Shown here one piece after another: positions 17,624 to 25,412 of a stretch of DNA of 64,000 bases. Origin of the DNA: an uncultured Erysipelotrichaceae bacterium. Its GTDB lineage: Bacteria > Bacillota_I > Bacilli_A > Erysipelotrichales > Erysipelotrichaceae. Made by a program: the position numbers and the translations under genes. The stretch's first letter is position 1. Each line of letters opens with the position of its first letter. The stretch lies in assembly GCA_964370065.1 (NCBI GenBank), contig CAYJGK010000003.1:12381-76380 (forward strand). Direction: 5' to 3'. The notes beneath the pieces were generated by a model. That model saw only the letters and a program-made list of their open reading frames with translations, ran no database searches and was not told the DNA's origin.

Positions 17624-18784
17624 ATGTTTGGTGGTGCATTGTGCAACTTTGCTTTAGGTTTGATTGTGTTTGAAAGAACAAATTCACCATTCTTATATGC
17701 TTTATTTTTATCTTCTACCATGATTCCAGCAATGATTATCCCGATGATTGCCGGGCCTTTTATTGATCGTTATTCAAGACGTAAAATTATTTATACAATT
17801 GATTTTATCTTTTTTGCGATTTTCGCATTAGCATCCATTATGGCCTATGTTGATTATTTTAACTATATGATATATTTAGGGGCAGCTGTGGTCATTGGAA
17901 CATTAAGTTCTGTTTATAATGTGGCTTATGACAGTTTCTATCCCACTTTAATTAGTAAAGGAAATTATACAAAAGCATACTCTATTGGAAGTTTATTATA
18001 CCCACTTGCTAATACATTTATGGTGCCTGTTGCAGCCGTTGTATATCAAGCAGTAGGGTTATTTCCATTAATGCTAGCCAATGCTGTTTCGTTTTTAGTA
18101 GCGGCTATTTGTGAGACGCAAATTAAAATAGATGAAAGTCAAACACATTATCAAGAATGCCAGAAATTTAATTTCACAGCACAATTTAAAGAGGGATTTA
18201 CTTATTTAAAAAGTGAAAAAGGTTTATTAGCAGTAACGATGTATTTTGTGGCCTCTGGAGTTGCACAAGGAATTGCTATGAATTTATTTTTACCTTTCTT
18301 TGAAATGACCCCAAGATTAGGAACGACTCGCTACTCACTAGTGATGAGTTCACAAACAGCAGGTCGAATTATTGCAGGATTATTCCAATATAAAATAAAA
18401 TACCCAGTCCATCGCAAATACCAAATAGCAATTATGGTTTATTCGATTGTAAGTGTAATTGATTCTGTATTCTTATTTACAACATTCCCGGTTATGATGG
18501 TATTATTCTTTGGTTATGGAATGTTAGGTGCGACTTCATATAATATTCGAATAAGTGCTACTCAAAGTTATATTCCTAATGAAAAAAGAGGAAGATTCAA
18601 TGGGATTTTTGCCGTATTAACATCAAGTGGAATGGTGTTAGGAGGATTAATTGGTGGCTTATTAGGAGAATTTATCTATCTACCATATATAGTATTAGGA
18701 GCAGCCTTGGTGAATATGTGTTTCATCTATTTACTAACCAAACAAAAAAAACATGTTGTCTTATTATATAATCGCGATATTTAG
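17624..18784 (+). CDS. MFS transporter (DHA3/macrolide-efflux-like), 5' end interrupted by an in-frame TGA (see findings)
   Basis: 386-aa ORF with about 11 TM segments. The same frame continues upstream (TKNFTIITIGSVVS) to a TGA at 17579-17581, preceded by ATG-AAT-CAA-TTA (17567) and a strong GGGGGG RBS. Confidence 0.7.
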   Translation: MFGGALCNFALGLIVFERTNSPFLYALFLSSTMIPAMIIPMIAGPFIDRYSRRKIIYTIDFIFFAIFALASIMAYVDYFNYMIYLGAAVVIGTLSSVYNVAYDSFYPTLISKGNYTKAYSIGSLLYPLANTFMVPVAAVVYQAVGLFPLMLANAVSFLVAAICETQIKIDESQTHYQECQKFNFTAQFKEGFTYLKSEKGLLAVTMYFVASGVAQGIAMNLFLPFFEMTPRLGTTRYSLVMSSQTAGRIIAGLFQYKIKYPVHRKYQIAIMVYSIVSVIDSVFLFTTFPVMMVLFFGYGMLGATSYNIRISATQSYIPNEKRGRFNGIFAVLTSSGMVLGGLIGGLLGEFIYLPYIVLGAALVNMCFIYLLTKQKKHVVLLYNRDI

Positions 18785-18844
18785 GCTCTATCTAGAGTCT
18801 TTTTTTATTTCATGTTATAATACGTAAATAAAAGAGGGGTAAAT

Positions 18845-19276
18845 ATGAACATAAAATGGGTAGAAAAAAAGGATGCTCAACCGTGTTTCTATGTAAGAAA
18901 AGAAGTGTTTGTAAAGGAACAAGGGTTTAGTAAAGAGTTAGAATTTGATGCAATAGATGCTTATGCACATCATTTAAACATTAGTATAAACGATATTTGT
19001 GTTGCAACTTGTCGATTATACAAAGAGAAGGAGGAAGACACTTTTCATTGTGGTAGAATTTGCATTTTAAAAGATTACCGTTCAAAAGGTATTGGAAAGT
19101 ACATTTTATTAGCAGCCAAAGAAAAAGCGATAGAACTAGGAATTTACAATATCGTATTATCAGCTCAACTACAAGCAAAAACTTTTTATGAAAAAAATGG
19201 ATATTGTATTTTTGGTACGATTCACTATGATGAAGGAGTGCCACATATTATGATGAAATTAGAGGTAACGGTATGA
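18845..19276 (+). CDS. GNAT family N-acetyltransferase
   Basis: 143 aa. Acetyl-CoA motif ILKDYRSKGIGKYIL and FYEKNGY. Confidence 0.85.
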   Translation: MNIKWVEKKDAQPCFYVRKEVFVKEQGFSKELEFDAIDAYAHHLNISINDICVATCRLYKEKEEDTFHCGRICILKDYRSKGIGKYILLAAKEKAIELGIYNIVLSAQLQAKTFYEKNGYCIFGTIHYDEGVPHIMMKLEVTV

Positions 19277-19827
19277 AAAGATGTGAATGGCCAAACTTAG
19301 ACAAATCTGGGCTATACCAACAATACCATGATGAAGAATGGGGAGTAGAGAGTCACGATGATACCTATTTATTTGAAATGCTGGTGTTAGAATCTTTTCA
19401 TTGTGGATTATCTTGGTTACTTATATTACGAAAAAGAGAGGCATTTAAACAAGCATTCGATCAATTTGATGCTTCCATTATTGCTCAATATACGGAAGAT
19501 AAGATAGATGAACTTATGCAAAATGATGGGATTGTTAAAAATAAGGCAAAAATTAAAGCAACGATAAAAAACGCAAAAGCTTTTCTACTAGTTCAAAAAG
19601 AGTTTGGTACATTCGATCGTTATATTTATTCTTTTACTAATGGGGTACAAGTTAGCTTTCCCTTTGATGGTACAATGACTACCAATGAACTTTCTGATGC
19701 AGTGAGCAAAGATCTTAAGAAAAGAGGGTTTTCGTTTTTAGGAAGTGTCACAACTTTTTCTTATTTAGAAGCAATAGGAGTCATGAATAACCATGCGGTT
19801 TACTGTTTTAAACATAAATCACATTAA
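19273..19827 (+). CDS. tag: DNA-3-methyladenine glycosylase I
   Basis: 184 aa. RCEWPNLD...YHDEEWG, ESFHCGLSW, zinc-site Cys/His near both termini. ATGA overlap with the GNAT gene. Confidence 0.9.
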   Translation: MKRCEWPNLDKSGLYQQYHDEEWGVESHDDTYLFEMLVLESFHCGLSWLLILRKREAFKQAFDQFDASIIAQYTEDKIDELMQNDGIVKNKAKIKATIKNAKAFLLVQKEFGTFDRYIYSFTNGVQVSFPFDGTMTTNELSDAVSKDLKKRGFSFLGSVTTFSYLEAIGVMNNHAVYCFKHKSH

Positions 19828-21003
19828 AAAAACAAAAAATTATTCTTTTATAAATAAATCAAAAAAAATGGTATTTTATCATTTATTTTTTTCATTGTCA
19901 AATAAAAATAAATAAAAGTTGTACAAATTATAATTAAGTGTTATCATGAAGGTGACAAATAACGGTATTTAAAATTTTAAATATCACCAAATTTTAAACT
20001 GACGAAAATTTGCCCTTTGTAGATTAGATTAGAATAGACTAGTAAACTTACCTGTAGTAAGTGTTTTAATTGTCCCTAAGCAATAACACTATAGAAGAAT
20101 GGAATATCATTCATTTAAATATTACCTTAATCCTAATAATCTTCGCAATTAGAAAGGAAGCTTTTTCCTGTGATTAAGTAATAGATATAAAATAGCGATT
20201 GCTAACAGATTTGCTATTTTACTAATCAGTATATCGATTGGTTTTATGAATCTGTTAAAACAGTGTTATACAAATTTGTATAATGCTAGCGTTTATTCTA
20301 TTGATTGCCCTGTAATTACAATTTATTATTCCTATACGCCTGTTTGTTATATGTAACTAGCCATGGATAAATAGCTTATGTAATGAAAGAGGTGTTAGAA
20401 TTTAATGTATTTAACAATGGAATAAACGATTCTCATTGGTTCTAAACAAGTATTGATTTTATTGAATAGAGTGTGTTAGGTATGGTATAAGCAGACAATG
20501 TATAACAAAGAAATAATACAATTTGGAATAAAGGAAGATCTAGTTATTCTAATAAACTTTTCAATCAAATGTTGGGGAATATTTGTATTCATACTTTTAG
20601 AATTGTAGTAATTATGATCATGAAAAGAATGTATATCATCGTTAACTTTGTTATATTAGAAGTGTATGTGGAAAAATGAGTTAACTCAATGTAGTTGCTA
20701 CTTTGATGCGATATAAAGATGCTAACGGGAATATGCTCTGTTTTAGTAGATAGCACTTATGTTATTATATTGATCACAGTTCTCTATTTTGATGCTTAAA
20801 CTCATCCAAATGGAATAGCATTTAGTATCGATTTGTGTATGAAATGGTATTCGTTTATGAAGGGAAGACAGGAACCAATGTAGGAAGAGTACATCTTCGA
20901 GCATAGAATTTTGAGGAAGTGGTAAGCATGAATAAGTCACTTCAAATAGTTTATCAGAATGTATAGCAGTATGGAAATTAAGATATTAGCATAGTAGAAA
21001 GAT

Positions 21004-21035
21004 AAGAGTGAACGGTGGGTTCACTCTTTCTTTAT
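21004..21035 (+). terminator. intrinsic terminator closing the ORF-free 19.8-21.0 kb region
   Basis: aagagtgaac-ggtg-ggttcactctt followed by tctttat. Confidence 0.6.
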
Positions 21036-21100
21036 GTTTAAGTGTAATTGGAATTTTGCCTTAAATGAGGTTCTTTATATGATTAAATGATTAAATGGCG

Positions 21101-21129
21101 TTGACCCTTTACTAGAATGAACGTATAAT
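21101..21129 (+). promoter_or_regulatory. sigma-A promoter of the riboswitch/ECF operon
   Basis: TTGACC (21101-21106), 17-nt spacer, TATAAT (21124-21129). Confidence 0.8.
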
Positions 21130-21145
21130 GAAGCCACAAGTGAAT

Positions 21146-21312
21146 AAAGCAAATCATATATGGGGAAACAGGTGTAAATCCTGTGCGGTCGCGCCACTGT
21201 AAAAAACGTTCGTTTTAAGTCAGAATGCCAGATTTGTTTAAACCAATTTACGACGATAAATTGTTTGTGTTAAACAAAGGTTATTTTCATTGTAAAATAA
21301 TCTTATTTTTTT
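21146..21312 (+). promoter_or_regulatory. cobalamin riboswitch (compact, AdoCbl-variant/class-II-like aptamer) with terminator expression platform
   Basis: P1 aaagcaaatc (21146-21155) pairs with gatttgttt (21231-21239). Core GGGGAAACAGGTGTAAATCCTGTGCGGTCGCGCCACTGTAA. B12-box-like AAGTCAGAATGCCAG. Antiterminator tttgtttaa (21233-21241) pairs with ttaaacaaa (21270-21278). Terminator aaggttatttt (21277-21287) pairs with aaaataatctt (21294-21304), followed by a T-run. Confidence 0.85.
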
Positions 21313-21331
21313 GAAAAGGAGTGATTAATGA

Positions 21332-22174
21332 ATGGAACAAGGATTTAAAAAATATAGTGCTTATGTGCTAGTGATGTATTTCTTTGGCATGATTGGACTG
21401 AGTATGTTTATTCGCAATCCCATATATATATCTATATCCTTTATTGCTGGATTTAGTTTATTATTAATTATAAAGCCCAAAAGAATCGTATCAATTTTAT
21501 TATCATTTATGATTTTATTCATTACTTTCACACTTCTTTCCCCACTGTTTAGTGTGTTACACTTTCACTCCCTTCATCAAATCATCCAAGATGCGTACAC
21601 TATGCAAAACATGAGTTTTGCGTTTGTAAATGCAGGGTTATTACTAAGTGTTATTTGTTGGTGTGTGAATTATCAAGAGTGTATAAGTAGTGATAAGGTT
21701 ATGTTTGTATTTGGCAAAATATTACCTATTTTTTCATTACTGATAACAATGATTAATCGACTGATTCCTAATTATATATATAAATATAAGATGATATTAC
21801 AAGCTCGATTGGGAATCGGAAAGCAGAGTGCAACAAAGCGATTTTATAAAATAAAAGAGGGAGCTTTGATGATGAGTTCACTCACATCAATAGCCTTTGA
21901 AGACGCATTAATACAAGCGGATAGTATGAAGGGTCGTGGATGGGGTTCAAAAAAAAGAACATACTTTAAAAATACGAGAATGAATCTAGAAGATAAGAAA
22001 CTAGGATTACTAATCATCGTATTGTTGTTGGTTTGTATAGGGTTGTTGCTACAGGCACAAACTGGCTTTATCATGTATTGTAGTTATAGTGCTTATACAT
22101 TATATGCAACTTTACCGTTGTTTATTATAATTTGGGAGGAAATAGTATGGAACATTTCAAGATTGAAAATTTAA
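21332..22174 (+). CDS. ECF transporter transmembrane (T) component, EcfT/CbiQ family, copy 1
   Basis: 280 aa, 5-6 TM. C-terminal coupling-helix motif ADSMKGRGW. Clear paralogue of the protein at 24490-25404. Confidence 0.8.
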   Translation: MEQGFKKYSAYVLVMYFFGMIGLSMFIRNPIYISISFIAGFSLLLIIKPKRIVSILLSFMILFITFTLLSPLFSVLHFHSLHQIIQDAYTMQNMSFAFVNAGLLLSVICWCVNYQECISSDKVMFVFGKILPIFSLLITMINRLIPNYIYKYKMILQARLGIGKQSATKRFYKIKEGALMMSSLTSIAFEDALIQADSMKGRGWGSKKRTYFKNTRMNLEDKKLGLLIIVLLLVCIGLLLQAQTGFIMYCSYSAYTLYATLPLFIIIWEEIVWNISRLKI

Positions 22175-23808
22175 GCTTTGCGTATCCAAATATGGAGCAA
22201 AAAGTATTAAGTAATATAAATTTTACTGTGAATAAAGGAGATTATGTATTAATTTGTGGAAAGAGTGGTAGTGGAAAAAGCACGCTACTAAAGCATTTAA
22301 AACCTCCGCTAACACCTTTTGGAAAAACGACGGGAATCATTCATTTTAATTCTAAAAAAATAGAGAACTTAACTTTGTATGAGCAAAGTAGTCAGATTGG
22401 GTATGTCATGCAAAATCCAGACAATCAAATTGTAACCGATAAAGTGTGGCATGAATTAGCCTTTGGTTTAGAAAACTTAGGTGTTACACAGCAAGTGATT
22501 CGAGCACGAGTAGCAGAAATTGCAAGTTATTTTGGTATCCAAGATTTATTTCAAAAGAAGGTGAATGAATTGAGTGGTGGTCAAAAACAATTATTAAACT
22601 TAGCGTCTATCATGGCAATGCAACCAAGTGTCTTAATATTAGATGAACCAACCTCACAATTAGATCCGATTGCCGCAAACGATTTTTTAAATACATTGAA
22701 GAAAATAAATGTGGAATTAGGAACCACTATTATTATTAGTGAACACCGATTGGAAGACATCTTTCATGTAGTTGATCAAGTAGTGGTTTTAGAAGCTGGT
22801 CAAACCATTGTGAAAGGAGCACCAAAAGAGGTGGCGAAACATTTGTGTATGACACAAAATATGATGTATCATGCACTGCCTTCACCTACTCAAATTGCTT
22901 ATGAAATGGGAGAACAAGAAGAGCTTCCTCTAACTGTAAGAGAAGGTAGGAACTGGTTATCTGTGCACTGTGGAACACAAGAGCTAAAATACAAAAAAAT
23001 AACAATTCCTATTCCAGAACAATCGAACAAAGAGTATGCTATTCATATTAAGGAAGCATGGTTTCGTTATGAAAAAAATGGGAAAGATATATTAAAAGGA
23101 TTATCTATGCATGTAGAAAAAGAAGAGTTTTATGCCATTGTTGGTGGTAATGGGGTTGGCAAATCAACTTTATTGCAAGCACTTTGCAAAATCAATCCGA
23201 TTTATCGGGGAAAGATTATGATTGATGGCAGACCATTAAATAAGATAAAGAACCAAGAATTATTTCAATCTAACATTTCAATGTTACCTCAAAATCCATT
23301 GAGTTTATTCGTGAAAAAAACAGTACGTGAAGAATTAATAGAGGTATTAGTACATCACACAGATATTCATAAAGTTATGCAGATAGCGACACTTTGTGAA
23401 ATTGAGGATCTATTTGATAAGCATCCTTATGATCTATCTGGAGGGGAAGCACAAAGAGTAGGATTAGCTAAAGTATTATTAACTAATCCAAAAATCTTAT
23501 TACTAGATGAACCTACTAAAGGAATTGATAACTTCTTTAAAATACAATTAGCAAATATTTTGAATAAACTAAAAGAAAAGGGAGTCACTATTATCATGGT
23601 GAGTCATGATATTGAGTTTTGTGCAAGATATGCTGATCGAGTATCGATGTTCTTTGATGGTGATATTATAAGTAGTGGACAAACTAACCAATTTTTTTCA
23701 TCAAATAGTTTTTATACAAGTAGTGCGAATCGAATGAGTCGTCATATATTTGAAAATGCAGTGAGAAATGAGGATGTGATTACATTATGTCAAGAGAACA
23801 AAATTTAA
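22147..23808 (+). CDS. ECF transporter ATPase, fused duplicated ABC domains (EcfA-EcfA')
   Basis: Two Walker A motifs (GKSGSGKST, GGNGVGKST), two LSGG signatures (LSGGQKQ, LSGGEAQ) and two Walker B motifs (ILDEPT, LLDEPT). The ATG at 22147 with GGGAGG RBS is preferred over 22132. Confidence 0.9.
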   Translation: MEHFKIENLSFAYPNMEQKVLSNINFTVNKGDYVLICGKSGSGKSTLLKHLKPPLTPFGKTTGIIHFNSKKIENLTLYEQSSQIGYVMQNPDNQIVTDKVWHELAFGLENLGVTQQVIRARVAEIASYFGIQDLFQKKVNELSGGQKQLLNLASIMAMQPSVLILDEPTSQLDPIAANDFLNTLKKINVELGTTIIISEHRLEDIFHVVDQVVVLEAGQTIVKGAPKEVAKHLCMTQNMMYHALPSPTQIAYEMGEQEELPLTVREGRNWLSVHCGTQELKYKKITIPIPEQSNKEYAIHIKEAWFRYEKNGKDILKGLSMHVEKEEFYAIVGGNGVGKSTLLQALCKINPIYRGKIMIDGRPLNKIKNQELFQSNISMLPQNPLSLFVKKTVREELIEVLVHHTDIHKVMQIATLCEIEDLFDKHPYDLSGGEAQRVGLAKVLLTNPKILLLDEPTKGIDNFFKIQLANILNKLKEKGVTIIMVSHDIEFCARYADRVSMFFDGDIISSGQTNQFFSSNSFYTSSANRMSRHIFENAVRNEDVITLCQENKI

Positions 23809-24500
23809 TATATACAATAGGATTTAGTGTAGTCGGTTTACTCATTTTAATTGTATTCCAAAGTCTGAAAATAAATTTTTATTTAACAAGTAGTGTTTTG
23901 ATTTTATTTGCATTATTTGCTTTCTTTCTAGCGTTTGAAAAAAAACAAATACAAGCTAGAGAAATTATTGTTTTAGCAGTCTTATGTGCCATTGCAACAG
24001 CAGGAAGAGTTGTCTTTCAAGTCATTCCTTTTGTTTCATTCTTAGTTGGCTTTGTCATTATAACTGCAGTAAGTTTTGGGCCTAATGCAGGGTTTATTTG
24101 TGGGGCAGTGAGTGCCTTTATGAGTAATATCAGTTGTGGACAGGGACCTTGGACACCTTGGCAAATGTTTGCTTTTGGAATGGCAGGTTTTATTATGGGG
24201 AGCCTTTACTGTAAGCAAAAAAAGCAAGTAAATAAAGTGATTTTGACGATTCTCTCATTTGTAGTCGTATTTATAGTAGTGGGACCTTTACTTGATTTAA
24301 GTGCTTTATTTACTGTGAACCAAAGTATGTTATTCAATATAACGCAGTATAAAGCGTTGTTAGCAACTGGCTGGATTGCTAATTTCATACATGCTACATC
24401 TGTCGCAATATGTGTATATTTCTTATCTGAACCAATGTTTGATAAGCTAAACCGCATTAAAATAAAGTACGGAATGATGAAAGTTAAAGATGAAATTTGA
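23787..24500 (+). CDS. ECF transporter substrate-specific (S) component (CbrT-like candidate)
   Basis: 237 aa, about 6 TM. GPNAGFICGAVSAFMSNISCGQGPWTPWQMFAFGMAGFIMG is typical of ECF S components. Overlaps both neighbouring genes. Confidence 0.75.
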   Translation: MSREQNLIYTIGFSVVGLLILIVFQSLKINFYLTSSVLILFALFAFFLAFEKKQIQAREIIVLAVLCAIATAGRVVFQVIPFVSFLVGFVIITAVSFGPNAGFICGAVSAFMSNISCGQGPWTPWQMFAFGMAGFIMGSLYCKQKKQVNKVILTILSFVVVFIVVGPLLDLSALFTVNQSMLFNITQYKALLATGWIANFIHATSVAICVYFLSEPMFDKLNRIKIKYGMMKVKDEI

Positions 24501-25404
24501 TCAATACCATCCACTCATTAATTTATTATTCTTTGGTATTGTATTTTATGTGAGTGCGATTGCTAATCATCCAGTATACGTAACGATTTCATTTCTAATT
24601 GCATTTCTTTACTACATTGCATTAAAAGGCATAAAAGGATTGTGTATTAACATAATATTGCTTATACTAGGAAGTGTATATTTTATATATTATGTGAGCT
24701 TTCATCACTTTGGAATAACGCCCATCGCACAAACAATAGTGGATAATAGTTTTACACTGGAATCCATTGTCTTGGGTTTGATTCAATATATAAAATTAGT
24801 CACAATATGCATGTGGTTTAATTGCTTTGTTGATGTGTTTAGTGCAGACAAAGTAATGTATGTACTAGGTAAATTCACACCCAAACTATCCCTGTTTATA
24901 TCGGTGTTTTTACGCTTTACTACTAAAATAGCATATACAACTAAAAAAACATTACAAGCACAAAAAGCAATTGGTAAAGGCATCCATCAGGGTCGCCTTT
25001 TAAAGCGAATAGGGAACGCTAAAAGAGTTTGCTCCATTGTTGTTGTTTGGTTTTTAGATGATTGTATGGATGCATCTAAAAGTATGATTGCTAGAGGATA
25101 TTCCTTAAAAAATAGAACACACTTTAGCCAATATCGATTTGATAATCGAGATCGCTTCTTTGTAGTCTATGTTATGACTTTACTCGCCATTCAACTAGTG
25201 GCATATTTATTAGGTCAAATGGTTGCACTATACAACCCAATGATTATTATTGATCCAGTGACAATAGGTAGTTATGTGTTTTATAGCACGTATGCAATTT
25301 TGTTGTTGTTGCCAATGATGATACAGATAAAAAATGAGATATTATTCGATAAAATGCTATATCGAAATAAAGGAAAAGGAAAAGGGCGTGTTATGCATGT
25401 CTAG
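24490..25404 (+). CDS. ECF transporter transmembrane (T) component, EcfT/CbiQ family, copy 2
   Basis: 304 aa. ASKSMIARGYSLKNRT coupling motif. SADKVMYVLGKFTPKLSLFISVFLRF parallels SSDKVMFVFGKILPIFSLLITMINRL of copy 1. Confidence 0.8.
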   Translation: MKFDQYHPLINLLFFGIVFYVSAIANHPVYVTISFLIAFLYYIALKGIKGLCINIILLILGSVYFIYYVSFHHFGITPIAQTIVDNSFTLESIVLGLIQYIKLVTICMWFNCFVDVFSADKVMYVLGKFTPKLSLFISVFLRFTTKIAYTTKKTLQAQKAIGKGIHQGRLLKRIGNAKRVCSIVVVWFLDDCMDASKSMIARGYSLKNRTHFSQYRFDNRDRFFVVYVMTLLAIQLVAYLLGQMVALYNPMIIIDPVTIGSYVFYSTYAILLLLPMMIQIKNEILFDKMLYRNKGKGKGRVMHV

Positions 25405-25412
25405 GTAAAAAA

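Noticed and set aside
20498-20679. Two small hydrophobic ORFs in the ORF-free region (36 aa at 20498-20608 and 21 aa at 20614-20679) as possible type I toxins or small membrane peptides.
   Set aside because: Neither has a Shine-Dalgarno sequence or an obvious antisense-RNA/promoter arrangement. ORFs of this size are expected by chance. They are kept only as part of the broader ORF-free-region finding.
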